A stretch of DNA of 64,000 bases from an uncultured Planctomycetaceae bacterium (GCA_963815195.1 CAWFGE010000008.1:192001-256000), one strand, 5' to 3'. Counted from the first letter of the stretch, positions 31,756-42,975 are shown. Numbers and translations: made by a program. Notes: generated by a model not told the origin, from the letters alone.

Positions 31756-31770
31756 CTCGGGCGATGCCGT

Positions 31771-32814
31771 TCATTCGCCCTGGGCATCGGTAAGGCACCA
31801 TGCGAGCCGGCCCAAGAGGCGGGGATAGACGAGCAGGCCGATCGCCATAAACGGCCCCGTCACGGCGGCGGCGTAGAACGGCTGCACTTGGTAGCCCAGA
31901 ATGAAACTACCGGGCCAGACGAGCGCGAGCCCCGCGGACGCCGCATAAAATCGGCCCCAAGCCCAGGCCCCCGAGCCCAGGCTTTTGATGATGAACGGCG
32001 AAAACGGCATGAACGCGGAGCCGGTTTCGATCGCCGACATCAAGCAAATCGGCAGCAGGAAAAAGAGCGCGACCCCGGCGAAAATCCAGAACGGACCGCC
32101 GAGAAACTCGACCAGCTTGCCGACGCCGAACGCGAGGGCGACGGCGGTCATAATCGCCGGCAGGAGACCGAACAGCTCGCCCGTCCACTCGCGCCAATCC
32201 GGGTCGGCCCAGCCGGTAATGCGGTCGTTCCCGGCGGCGGTTTCGGTGACGATGGTCGTCCCGCAAGATGCGGCATAAGAAAACGTCCAGATCGACAGCC
32301 AGCCGAAGGGAAAGCCGAACGCATAACCCGCCCGCGCGAACCAGCCGCCCCGCGCAAAGCACCAGTGCATCGCCAGGTAGAGCACCATCACAATGGCACA
32401 GCCCAGCGACATCATGACCCAGCGGAACAAGCCTTCCGGATACCAGGGAAAGCTGAACGTCCCCTGCAGAAAGGGCAACGCCGGCCGGTAAACCTCTCCC
32501 GCAAAACGTTCCTCGGCCATCGCTTCGAAGATGTTCATTTTGTGAACGGCGGGGGCGTCCGATTCTTCCGCGTTCTCCGCCCGATCCGCGTTCTCCGCTC
32601 GGCCGGGGAGCGGAATGGGTTTGTCGCAGTTCAGGCAGGCGGTCTCCGACTGGTCCTCCCGCACGGGCGTGCGAAACCGCGTTCCGCACGCGGGGCAGGT
32701 TACGAGAACGCTCTTCCGGGACCGGCGTTTCTTCGCCGGGGCGGCGGGTTTCGCCTGCGGCTGCCGGGAGTCGGGTCGCTTACCCACGAGACATGCTCTT
32801 GATGACGCGTTCAA
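31771..32814 (-). CDS. Zn-ribbon-containing multi-pass membrane protein
   Basis: CPACG...CLNC then about six hydrophobic segments; start uncertain. Confidence 0.7.
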   Translation of the reverse strand: MNASSRACLVGKRPDSRQPQAKPAAPAKKRRSRKSVLVTCPACGTRFRTPVREDQSETACLNCDKPIPLPGRAENADRAENAEESDAPAVHKMNIFEAMAEERFAGEVYRPALPFLQGTFSFPWYPEGLFRWVMMSLGCAIVMVLYLAMHWCFARGGWFARAGYAFGFPFGWLSIWTFSYAASCGTTIVTETAAGNDRITGWADPDWREWTGELFGLLPAIMTAVALAFGVGKLVEFLGGPFWIFAGVALFFLLPICLMSAIETGSAFMPFSPFIIKSLGSGAWAWGRFYAASAGLALVWPGSFILGYQVQPFYAAAVTGPFMAIGLLVYPRLLGRLAWCLTDAQGE

Positions 32815-33685
32815 AAATCGGCCGGCACACGTCCCAATCCTCTTCGGGGCAATCGCAGATCACGGTGTATTGCAGGTTGAGTCCCAGCATGGACGCCCGC
32901 ATTCCGCGAACGTCCGAGAAGCCGCTCGTGCCCGTGAACTCCGACACCCGCGTGTCGCCGAAACCGGTTTCGATCGCCTTTGGAGCGCTCTCCTTGTAGT
33001 CGCCGTATTCTGGAGCGAATTTTTCTTTCGTCAAATTATGCACGGTGGCAACCGGGGCCCGTTCCTCCGCGGTTTCTCCGTCCGACATGCCGCCCGTGTT
33101 CTTGGCGATGTCTCCGATCGCGCTCATGCCCATGCTGCTTTTGACTTGAATTTTCACGTCGCCCTTGATGAACTTCGCCCACGGCGGGGCCCCGGACTGG
33201 CCGCCGCCGCTTTCCACGGTCCAACCGCTCGGGTATTCGCACTTGAAGGTCTGTTCCTTGCTATGGCTGAACTTGTCGTAGGACTCCGGCGGCTTCATCG
33301 GCTCCTTTTTGCCGAAGAACAAGAGCGGAACCCCGATCAATAGCGCCAGCCCGAGCACAGAGACGATACCGATCAACGCGGGGCTTTTGCCGGCGCTGGA
33401 TTTTGCCCGGGGCTTTTTTTTGGGCTCGGCGTCGGCGGACTTGGGCTTCTTTTTCTTCGATTTGGACTTCACGCCCACCGTGCGCGGAGGCAAACCGCCG
33501 GGGGGGCTTCCGCCGCCTGCGGATTTTTTGGCGGGCCGTTTGCCGGCCGCGGCATTGGCCTGTTGGACGGCAAACGGCTCCTCGCATTCCCGGCAGCGGA
33601 CTTTCTTGCCGACTTGGGAATCGTCGGCAAACTTGTGCTTCGCCCCGCAGTGGGGGCAGACGGATAACATGGCCACGGACTTCAC
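32780..33685 (-). CDS. Zn-ribbon, single-TM hypothetical protein
   Basis: CPHCG...CREC, Lys-rich linker, TM helix, extracytoplasmic domain. Confidence 0.75.
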   Translation of the reverse strand: MKSVAMLSVCPHCGAKHKFADDSQVGKKVRCRECEEPFAVQQANAAAGKRPAKKSAGGGSPPGGLPPRTVGVKSKSKKKKPKSADAEPKKKPRAKSSAGKSPALIGIVSVLGLALLIGVPLLFFGKKEPMKPPESYDKFSHSKEQTFKCEYPSGWTVESGGGQSGAPPWAKFIKGDVKIQVKSSMGMSAIGDIAKNTGGMSDGETAEERAPVATVHNLTKEKFAPEYGDYKESAPKAIETGFGDTRVSEFTGTSGFSDVRGMRASMLGLNLQYTVICDCPEEDWDVCRPIFERVIKSMSRG

Positions 33686-33831
33686 TCGCGAAATAGACAG
33701 GCTGACAACTGGAAGAGAATCGGGAGAGGAAAGAACCTCGTTTTATTTTCCTCGAAGACACGTCTCTATTCCAGCGAATCGGAAATGCATTCGTGGATTT
33801 TCTCCAAACCGCGAACCGGATTCGGCTGCTC

Positions 33832-35139
33832 TTAAACTTCCTCGGCGGCGGTGAGGCTGACGGTGCGGTCGACTTCGATGCGGAGCTTGTGGATTTTTCG
33901 CTTGCCCGCGTTCAGCACCGTGACCCGCAGGTTTCGCCAGGTGAAGGACTCGCGGTTTTTGGGCACGCGGCCGAGTTGATTGAACACGAACCCGCCGATC
34001 GTTTCAAAGTCGCCGTCTTCCGGCAGGTCGAATTGGAACAGTTCGTTGAGTTCATCGACGTGCGCGCGGGCGTCGACTTCGATCACATCCTCGGAAATCT
34101 GGTGGATTTCCTCTTCTTCTTCGATGTCGTATTCGTCCGTGATTTCGCCGACGATCTCTTCGAGAATGTCCTCCAACGTGACCAGCCCGGCCACGCCGCT
34201 GTATTCGTCGATGACGATCGCGATATGCACGTGCTCGCGCTTCATGCGTTCGAGCAGTTTGTCGATACCCGTGGTTTCGGGGACGTAGATCGCTTCGCGG
34301 ACAATGTCCTTGAGCGTGACGGCCCGGCCGTTGGTACTGTCGAGATGCCGGAGGAGATCCTTCGCGTACAAAATGCCGATGATGTCGTCGATCGTTTCCC
34401 CGACGACCGGCACGCGCGAATGGCCGCCTTCCAAAAGATCCCGGCGGGCCTGGTCGAGCGGGGCGTCTTCCCGCAGGACGTGCATTTCGGTGCGGGGCGT
34501 CATGATCGCGGCGACATCTTCCTGCTGGAGCTCCATCACGCGGTGGATCATCGTGCGGGCCTGCGGTTCCAGAATGCCCTCCCTCTGGCCTTCGTCGATC
34601 ACCGACAGAAGTTCCTGCGTCAAGCTCGGCAACGTGCCCGCGGCGGGTTCGGGAACGCCGGCGAGACGATGGGCCAGTTGATCGAACTTGGCCGCGATCC
34701 GCAGGACCGGCGAAAGCGTTTTGCGGAAAATGCGAATCACCGGCCACATCCGCACCAGAAAGGCTTCCCCCGACACCCGCGCCCACGTGCGGGGAAGCAG
34801 CACCGCCCACCACGAAAGGAACACCATCACGGCAACGAATTCCGCGGACCACGCCGCCCAACCCGGGACATCGTGCGAAAATCGCGACCAATCCTTAAGC
34901 TCGAGAAACACCACGCCCGCCAAGACGGTGAACGCGACCGCGAACAAAATCTCCATCGCCAACAGGGCGTTTTGGTGCTGGTTGAGCAGTTCGCCGAAGC
35001 GATGCTCGACTCCCCGGCTTTTGCAGAGTTCATCGATCCGGTTGCGGGAGAAATCCCGTAACGCATACTTGGCGATCGCAAAAAACCCGATCAGGACAAG
35101 CAGCAGGCCGGTCGCCGCCGGCAGGAGATACGGGGTCAC
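33832..35139 (-). CDS. HlyC/CorC family (CNNM-CBS-CorC) protein
   Basis: N-terminal TMs, IMTPRTEM, HSRVPV, IDEYSGVAGLVTLEDILEEIVGEI. Confidence 0.92.
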   Translation of the reverse strand: MTPYLLPAATGLLLVLIGFFAIAKYALRDFSRNRIDELCKSRGVEHRFGELLNQHQNALLAMEILFAVAFTVLAGVVFLELKDWSRFSHDVPGWAAWSAEFVAVMVFLSWWAVLLPRTWARVSGEAFLVRMWPVIRIFRKTLSPVLRIAAKFDQLAHRLAGVPEPAAGTLPSLTQELLSVIDEGQREGILEPQARTMIHRVMELQQEDVAAIMTPRTEMHVLREDAPLDQARRDLLEGGHSRVPVVGETIDDIIGILYAKDLLRHLDSTNGRAVTLKDIVREAIYVPETTGIDKLLERMKREHVHIAIVIDEYSGVAGLVTLEDILEEIVGEITDEYDIEEEEEIHQISEDVIEVDARAHVDELNELFQFDLPEDGDFETIGGFVFNQLGRVPKNRESFTWRNLRVTVLNAGKRKIHKLRIEVDRTVSLTAAEEV

Positions 35140-35738
35140 GATTCCGTACTCCGTGAGGGGGAGGAAGAGCCGCCCGAAGGTCTCTCGGGGTCTTCGTCGC
35201 CGGGTTCCGTCGGCGCGGGGCCGGAACTCGCGGACTCGCCCGGGCTTTGAGAAGGGCCGGGGGTTATGTGAAAAAGCGTCAACATCGCCCGCTCTCGCGC
35301 GCGCATCACAGCTTGCTCCATGCTGGTGAGGTCATCGTATCCCACGAGGTGCAGTAACCCGTGGATTAGATATAATACAACTTCTTCCCTCGGACTCCAA
35401 CCATATTTCTGGGCGTCCTGCAGCGCCGTTTCTGTGCTGATGATCACCTCGCCGTCCAGTCGCTTGCCCCGCCCGCGACGTTTAGGGGGCGGTTCCGAGG
35501 CGGAATCCTCCGCTTCCGCCGATTCGCAGCCGAGCAGAAAGCTCAAAACATCCGTGGCGTAGTCGTGGCTCAGAAACTGCCGGTTCAGTTGATGAATCGT
35601 TGCATTGTCCACCAAAGCCACGCTGATTTCGGCCGCGGCAACCTGCTCTTCCGCCAACACCCGCTCGGCGACCTGGACCAGAAAGTCTTCATCAAGCTCC
35701 AAGCAGTCCTGCGAATTCGCAATGGCAATTTGATACAT
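35136..35738 (-). CDS. ybeY: rRNA maturation endoribonuclease YbeY
   Basis: LNRQFL, TDVLSF, HGLLHLVGYDD; upstream of corC-like gene. Confidence 0.92.
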   Translation of the reverse strand: MYQIAIANSQDCLELDEDFLVQVAERVLAEEQVAAAEISVALVDNATIHQLNRQFLSHDYATDVLSFLLGCESAEAEDSASEPPPKRRGRGKRLDGEVIISTETALQDAQKYGWSPREEVVLYLIHGLLHLVGYDDLTSMEQAVMRARERAMLTLFHITPGPSQSPGESASSGPAPTEPGDEDPERPSGGSSSPSRSTES

Positions 35739-35982
35739 AGGAATGTTAATCAGTCGTCTGTTCTCAGCTTTTCGGTTTTCGGCTCGCCCGGTGTCTCGCA
35801 ATCTCGCTTCTTTTCTCAAAACTGAAAACCTCAGTCCTCATATTATCCGCCGATGCTCCCTCCGGTAAGTTTGAGTATGATGATTTCGAGGCGGCATCGC
35901 AATCGGGCGTTGCCAGGCGCGGTTGTCGGATTTTCCCGACCGAGGTTGTCGCGTTGGACGCTTCGGTTCAAAGGAGGTTTTC

Positions 35983-36267
35983 ATGCCGAAAGCAATTTGG
36001 AACGGGGCCGTGTTGGCCGAGAGCGACCGGACGGAAGTCGTGGAAGGGAACCATTATTTTCCGCAGGATTCGATCCGCCGCGAATATTTCCGCGACAGCG
36101 AGCATCACACGGTCTGCGGCTGGAAGGGCACGGCCAGTTATTTCGACGTGGTGGTCGAGGGGAAAACCAACCCGCAAGCGGCGTGGTATTATCCCGACCC
36201 CAAGCCCGAAGCCGCGAATATCAAGGACTACGTGGCCTTCTGGAAAGGCGTGGAAGTCCGGAACTGA
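35983..36267 (+). CDS. DUF427 family protein
   Basis: AAGGAGG RBS; VEGNHYFP, CGWKGTASY, AAWYYPDPK, VAFWKG. Confidence 0.9.
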   Translation: MPKAIWNGAVLAESDRTEVVEGNHYFPQDSIRREYFRDSEHHTVCGWKGTASYFDVVVEGKTNPQAAWYYPDPKPEAANIKDYVAFWKGVEVRN

Positions 36268-36300
36268 ACGCGACGCATCTCAACTCGCCCAGTGCGGTGG

Positions 36301-36981
36301 TTATTCACCGGCAAGCCGACCCGCGATGGTCCAATGCCGGTCGCTGGTTTGCCCGACCCAATCCGCCGGCAGGTCCTGCTCGGCGAGCAGTTCCCGAACT
36401 TCCTCGAGCGTCAACGCGGCGTGGAGGGAATCCCGAAACATCTGCTGCTGGTGGGCGTTCTCGCCGCCCGCATAGGTTTGGACGAGTTGGTGCAACGTGC
36501 TTTCGTCCGCGGGCCTCGACAAATCCCGCACGAACAACAAGCCCCCCGGCCGCAGAACCCGCTTCATCTCGCCGAGGACCGTCCCCGGTGCGGGGATGTG
36601 ATGAATGATGCTGTTGGAGATTACGGCATCGAACTGCCCGTCGGCATAAGGCAGCCGCTTGGCATCGACATATTCCACGCGAACCCGCTCGGAAAAACCG
36701 GCACCGGCCACATTCCGTTCGCCGAGCTTGAGCATCTCGCGGGACAAATCGATCGCGGTGATCCGGCAATCGGGATGCCGGCGACAAAGCGCGACGGGAA
36801 TCTGAGCCGTCCCCGTGCCCACATCCAGGACGTGTTCGAGAGCGGTTTCGGGCCCGCGGTTGGCCGCGTCCAAAAACTCTTGCACGAACCGGCGGTTGAC
36901 TTCCGCGTGGTCCATCGCATCATAATCCGCCGCCTCCCGGGCGGTGTCCATGACTTCCGGTTCGAGAATCCTGGGGATCAT
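36301..36981 (-). CDS. Class I SAM-dependent methyltransferase
   Basis: VLDVGTGTA, IDLSREML, FDAVISNSIIHH, LRPGG. Confidence 0.9.
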   Translation of the reverse strand: MIPRILEPEVMDTAREAADYDAMDHAEVNRRFVQEFLDAANRGPETALEHVLDVGTGTAQIPVALCRRHPDCRITAIDLSREMLKLGERNVAGAGFSERVRVEYVDAKRLPYADGQFDAVISNSIIHHIPAPGTVLGEMKRVLRPGGLLFVRDLSRPADESTLHQLVQTYAGGENAHQQQMFRDSLHAALTLEEVRELLAEQDLPADWVGQTSDRHWTIAGRLAGE

Positions 36982-37052
36982 TGGTCCTCCACGATAAACC
37001 AAAGACATCCGACTGCATCTTCTTAATCTTCATTCTCAAAGTGTAAGCGTCT

Positions 37053-37194
37053 GGGTGGCTGGGGCGCAAATCCCCCTTGGAATAAGGCTTGGACTGCGAA
37101 AGCTGGGGCTGTGGCCCGGCGAGAAAAATCTCACACGGCCCCAGGCCTCAAATCTCCTTTTTCCTGGGAACATTCCTTTGCGCCCCAGCCACCC
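37053..37194 (-). mobile_element. 142-bp TIR element, copy 2
   Basis: Reverse complement of 2867-3008 with few differences. Confidence 0.85.
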
Positions 37195-37334
37195 CATCGC
37201 ATCATAATCCGCCGCCTCCCGGGCGGTGTCCATGACTTCCGGTTCCAAAACCCTCGGAATCATAGGTCCTCCACGATAAACCAACGACATCCGACTGCAT
37301 CTTCTTAATCTTAATTCTCAAAGTGTAAGCGTCT

Positions 37335-37476
37335 GGGTGGCTGGGGCGCAAATCCCCCTTGGAATAAGGCTTGAACTGCGAAAGCTGGGGCTGTGGCCCG
37401 GCGAGAAAAATCTCACACGGCCCCAGGCCTCAAATCTCCTTTTTCCTGGGAACATTCCTTTGCGCCCCAGCCACCC
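37335..37476 (-). mobile_element. 142-bp TIR element, copy 3
   Basis: Near-identical to copy 2. Confidence 0.85.
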
Positions 37477-37608
37477 CGTGGTTGACTTCGCGTGGTCCAT
37501 CGCATCATAATCCGCCGCCTCCCGGGCGGTGTCCATGACTTCCGGTTCCAAAACCCTCGGAATCATAGGTCCTCTGCTCGCTCCAAAGACATCCGACCGA
37601 CTGCATTA

Positions 37609-37647
37609 TCTTACTCTTAATCTTACTCTTAATCTTACTCTTAATCT
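37609..37647. repeat. Short tandem repeat (TCTTACTCTTAA)x3
   Basis: Read directly from sequence. Confidence 0.9.
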
Positions 37648-37677
37648 GCCTTTCTTCCATAAGCTCCCGACCCGCTC

Positions 37678-37707
37678 TTGACAGAATTACGTCTGTACGT
37701 GTAATCT
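37678..37707 (+). promoter_or_regulatory. Sigma70-like promoter overlapped by a putative BlaI-type operator
   Basis: TTGACA (37678) and TAATCT (37702); palindrome ATTAC-N10-GTAAT (37686-37705) upstream of the blaI-like gene. Confidence 0.6.
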
Positions 37708-37730
37708 TCGCAAATTACAGTTGTCCTTGA

Positions 37731-38126
37731 ATGGAAAGGGATCAACCCATGACGGATCGCCCGGCCCTCTCCAAGGGGGAAATGGAAGTCGCCCGCATCT
37801 TGTGGGACCTTGGCTCGGCCACCGTCCGCGAAGTTCACGAAGCCTTCCCCGCGGACCGGGGCATCGATTTTTCGACCGTGCAGACCTACCTCCGCCGGCT
37901 CGAGCAAAAAGGCTACGCCCGCGCGAAGCTCCAGGGTCGAACCCGCGTGTACTCGCCCCGCGTCAAGCCGCGGACGGTGATCCGCGAAACCCTCGACGAT
38001 CTGATCGACCGGCTGTTCGGCGGCGAGACGCTGCCCTTGATGAGGCATCTGATCGAAGAGGGAAAAATCACCGGCGAAGAACTCGTGGAGCTTCGCGAAA
38101 TGATCGACCGCCTGGAACGCGAATAG
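37731..38126 (+). CDS. BlaI/MecI/CopY family repressor
   Basis: LSKGEMEVARILW, TVREV, STVQTYLRRLEQKG, LFGG. Confidence 0.92.
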   Translation: MERDQPMTDRPALSKGEMEVARILWDLGSATVREVHEAFPADRGIDFSTVQTYLRRLEQKGYARAKLQGRTRVYSPRVKPRTVIRETLDDLIDRLFGGETLPLMRHLIEEGKITGEELVELREMIDRLERE

Positions 38127-38166
38127 GATTCGTCATTCAACAGCCTCCGAAACGGATACACAAAGG

Positions 38167-41100
38167 ATGGCCGCGATGGAACACGAGTGGACACGGATGC
38201 TGTGGGCCGAGGCGTGGCAGGTGACGCTGCTGATCCTCGCCGTGGCGGTGCTTTCGCGATGGGTCGGCCGGAATCATCCGCACTTCGCGCACGCGCTGTG
38301 GGTCGTCGTGCTTCTGAAAGCCGTCACCCCGCCGATCTGGAGCAGTCCCAGCGGCGTCTTCAGTTGGCTGCAATCCCCCGTCATCAACGAAGAAGAACCC
38401 GCCGAGACAATCGCAGTCCCCCAACCCGCACCGCCGCCGGAACCGGTTTCGAGACTCGCTCCCGTCCTTCCGGTCGAAGCCGATGCGGAAGGCGGGGAAT
38501 GGCCGGAACCTCAAATCGCCTCCGCACAAAGGAACCATGCGTTTGAACCGATCGTCATTGAATCCGAGCCGGTGATGGAAATCCCCGAACCGTTGGCGAA
38601 ACCCGCCGCGGTGCCCGTCGCCGCGCCGGCGGAATCTCCCGCGTGGCCCCTGTGGCAAGTCGTCGTTTTGGCGGTCTGGTTGTGCGGTATGCTGGGGAGT
38701 TTGCTCTTGGCCTGGGCACGGTGGATGGCCTGCCGGCGGGAAATTCGCCGGGCGGAAGTCGTCGATGATCCTGCCGCCCAACAACTCTTAAACGATCTCT
38801 GCATCCGCTTGCGGGTGCGGCGGAATGTTCGGCTGATCATTTCGCGAAGCCGAATCGGGCCGGCGGTCTTGGGCGTGTTTCGGCCGACGGTGCTCATTCC
38901 CGCCCGGATTCTCGAAGGCCAACCGCCCGCCGACTTGGAACCCATCCTGGCCCACGAACTGATCCACGTCCGCCGGGGCGATTTGTGGGTCGGCTGGCTG
39001 GAGGTCCTCGCGCAGTCGGTGTGGTGGTTTCATCCGCTCGTGTGGTGGGCGGGGCGATTGGTCAAGCGCGAAGCCGAGCGTTGCTGCGATGAGGAAGTCA
39101 TCGCGGAACTCGCGATGAAGCCGGCCCGTTATGCGCGGGCCTTGTTGGACGTTTTGGAGCTCAAGCACATCTTAAAACCCGTTCCCGTTCTGCCGGGCGT
39201 CAAGCCGGTGGAGATCACCTCGAACCGATTGGAGAGAATCATGCTGCTCAGACAAGGATGTCGCAAACGCACCCCCTGGTGGTGCTGGCTGGTGATGCTA
39301 TTAACCGCCGCCCTCACGCTCCCCGGTGCCGCCTTCGTGGCACAGGGCAAGGAGAAACCGAACCGAAAGCTCCGCGAGAAACAAAAGGCAGAGGCCTCGC
39401 AAACGAATGCCTTGCGAACTCGGCGTTTCAAAGTGGGGGATGTCCTCGAACGATACCAAGGCGAGTACAAGATTCGGGACGAAGCATTCGCCCGTAGCAC
39501 GCTCGCCGAACTTCTGAAGGACATGGTCGGCGAACTCTGGTGCGACGAAACTTTACGCACCAACGGCGAGGCCGTGGCGCCGCCTTCGATTACAATCAAA
39601 GGCAACACGCTGCGGGTCCGCCACACGCCGCGGGTTCTCGAAAAAATTTCCGAGGAACTGGAAATCCTCCGCGAGCATGGTTTCGCGCAGATCGCGATCG
39701 AGGCCCGGATCATCACCGCCAGCCGCGATGTGGTCGAGAAGGCGGTTTCCCATTGGGAAGTCCTGCCTGCCGAAGGTCCCGAACGCACCAGGCCCGAAAC
39801 CAAGGTGGAAAACGGCGTGCGGTCGACGATCGAAAAATCCGCCCCCCTGCGAATGGCGATTCTCGATGACCCGCAAGTTAAAAAATTGATCGAGGTCTGC
39901 CAGTCGGATGTGCGCACGAATCTCATGTTTTGCCCGAAGGTGACGTTGTTCAACGGTCAGCACGCCATGATTCAAGACACGGTCCAAAGGCCGTTCGTCG
40001 TGGGAATTTCGTCCGACGGCAAGCCAACAATTCGAGGCGTGGAGGAAGGCACCAAAATGCAACTCCGGGCGGTCTGGAAGGGAGATCACATCCGCCTGGA
40101 AAGCCACTTGACGCTGTCCGACATCCGCAAGGTGGACGTTGTGGACCTGCCGGGAAAAGCAGGAGATGAACTGTCTCCCAAGGTCCAAGTCCCCGAAGTC
40201 GCCTCCACACGGATCAACAACACCGTGAAACTGCCCTCGGGCGGCAGCGTTCTGTTGGGCGGCCTGAAACTGCCGGACGAGGGCAGAGTCCCGGCCGGCC
40301 GCAGTCTTTTCAACCGTCTCGGGTTAACGACCGAACCGCAAAAGCCGGAGCAGCAGCTATTCGTCGTTTTGCGCGTGGTTCATCTGGAAAACCCTCCTGA
40401 GAAACTCCCCGCTCCCCCCAAGAACGCTGCGAATTCGTCCGATGTGGAAGTTCGCTACGCGAAAAAAGCCGCGGAGTTGGCGGATCTCGAATATGAAAAA
40501 GCCTTAAAAGCCAATCGCCATTTAAAGGGAACCGTGTCCAGCCTGGAAGTCGAGCGCTTGAAGCTAACAGCGGACATGGCCCATCTACACGTCGAGCAAG
40601 CGGAGCATGAATTGGAACTGAAGAAGGCGGGGACCAGGCTCAAATCGCAGCCTATGAACAATTCAATGCTATTGTATTTTGAGGCCGACTGGTGCGGTCC
40701 CTGCCAGCAGATGAACCCCATCGTCTCGCGATTGAAACGCCAGGGCTATCCGGTGCAGACAGTCGATGTGGACAACGAACGCGACTTGGGCCAAAAGTTC
40801 AACGTCCGCAGCATTCCGACGTTTGTCCTCGTCGTGGATAGAAAAGAACGGAAACGCATTTACGGGGTGACGTCCGAAAGCCAACTGCGGCGAATGCTTG
40901 CCCAAATTCCTGCCAATCCGCCGAAAGCGATGCCGCACGAAACGCTGCCGCACAAAACGCTGCCCTACCATGGCCTGGGGACAAACAGCGAGGCCGGTCT
41001 CACGGGGCAGATCGTCCCCAACGAGAAAAACTTTGAGACGAACAAGATCGAGCCGCCCACAAAAGAGGAAGTCCTCAAAGCGGTGCCCGAATCGAAACTC

Positions 41101-42938
41101 GAAAACGTCGATCCCAAAAGCATTAAAGTCAAAATTGAAAAAGTCGCCGAAGAAACCGGCGAACCGCGGTTCTATCCCATGGTCGGACCGGCCCGATTGT
41201 ACAAGGTCCGCTTCAAATGCACGGTAACGATGGATGAAACCATCCACAGTGAATGGCCCGTTCCCTTTACCCATAGCGACCGCCGGCAGGAGGTGGTGTA
41301 TATCGATCATAACCACCTGATCCGCACAGTGGGGCCGACTGCGGCCGATGACAAAACCTCGGCATTGGAAGCCGGCTTTTGGGAATCGCTGCGGACGAAG
41401 CACCAATTCACTGATGAACGGCAAGGTTGGTCGATCACCGTGGCGGACGTGCGCGGGAAGACGCTCGTCAAACCCACCCTTCAATACACACACCCGGAAA
41501 AGCTCGCATGGCATGATTATCTTTGGGAAGAAAATCTGGTTTGGAAAAAGCTCGCGACGAAACAAGCGGCGACCGGCACCGTGGAATTTGACCTGAAAAA
41601 CAACCAGATCGTTTTGCATTTGACAAAGGGCGAAGTCGACCTGCCGGGCAAACGCCGCGCCTGGTTTGAGAAAGAAGACATCACGTTGCAGCTGCCGGAA
41701 GATGCCCCGGCGAAAGCCGCCGATGCGCGGCCCATCCCGCCCACACCGGCGATCCTGCCCGCGGGACATACTATGGTGTATGATCTGAAAGACCATCCCA
41801 CGCCACCGGCTGCCAAACAAAAACCAAACGAGAAGTCGGCAGCAGAAGAAGAGCGCATCGCGAAGGCATTGGACAAAAAGATCACGCTCAAGTTCGACAA
41901 GACGCCGCTCTCCGAAGTCGCAAGGCAGATCGCGACGCACGCGGGCATCAATCTTGTTATCGACAGCCTCGGACTTTCCGACGAAGGCGTGACGCCGGAC
42001 GAGAAGATCACGATCGATGTCAAAGACGTGACATTGAGCAGTGCGCTCCAGTTGATTCTGAAGCCGCTCCGCCTGGCGTTCTTGATCCAAGACGAGGTGC
42101 TCAAGATCACCAGCGAAACCCGAGTGCAAGGTCCGCTGGAGGTGAGAACCTATGCCGTCGCGGATCTGGTCGTTCCGATTCCCGAGCGGCGTGAGCTTCG
42201 ACCTGCGGGAGAAGCCGGCGAAACTCAAGCGTCCCAAACTCGAAAACCTAACACAGGTCAATGCCGTAAAGGACGCGGCGATGGACGCGGAGAACCTGAT
42301 GGACCTCATCGCGACCACGTTGATCCCGATTCCTGGGCCGAGAAGGGCGGCGGCGGGATCATCCGCTTCTACGAGACCACGTTGAGTCTGGTGATTCGCC
42401 AAACGCCGAAAGTCCACGAAGAAATCCGCGACCTGCTCGAACAGCTTCGCCGGCTGCAGGATGTGCAGGTCTGCCTCGAAATCCTGCACCATCGAGGCGG
42501 AACAACTCGCCGATCGAGACTTGACGGAAAAACTCGGCCCGGCAATCGCGTGGTGTTGGTTGCCCCCCAAAGCGGCGGCGCTGATTCAGTCGGTTAAAAA
42601 CGACAAGACCGCGAACATCAAGCAACTTCCCAAAGATCACGCTGTTCAACGGGCAGACGCTGAACTTGCTCCTGCCCGAGTTGGACAAAGAGGACGCCTC
42701 GATCGAAGTCTCGCCCGTCAGCTCGGCCGACCGGCGGTTCGTGCGGCTCAGCATCAGCGCCAAAGTTGGTGACAAGCAGGCGATCAATTCGCTGCTGACG
42801 TTGAAAGACGAGCAATCGGTGTTGTTGGATACGACAAAGCTCACCGGGCGCGAATCCAAGAAGCGCACGTTCATGCTCGTCACGCCGAAGATCGTCGTCC
42901 AGGAAGAAGAGGAAAAACTGCTCGGCACGGAGAAGTAG
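38167..42938 (+). CDS. M56 (BlaR1-like) metallopeptidase fused to secretin-like and thioredoxin domains; several C-terminal frameshifts
   Basis: LAHELIHVRRGD, WWFHPLVW, ERCCD; PKVTLFNGQ; WCGPC; STN/N3-like segments (FDKTPLSEV, PDSW, LVIRQT). Confidence 0.85.
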
Positions 42939-42975
42939 CGTCCCGCGATCGTGAATCTCACGCCAAGGCGCAACT

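Larger units (their letters stand above)
36912..37574. repeat. Tandem array: methyltransferase 5' segment three times, separated by two TIR elements (period ~282 bp)
   Basis: CCATCGCATCATAATCC...ATCAT(A/T)GGTCCTC at ~36912, ~37194 and ~37497. Confidence 0.93.

Noticed and set aside
36912..37574. Possible CRISPR array (also 43029-43119)
   Set aside because: Intervening sequences are copies of each other or absent rather than unique spacers; unit sizes are wrong; no cas genes
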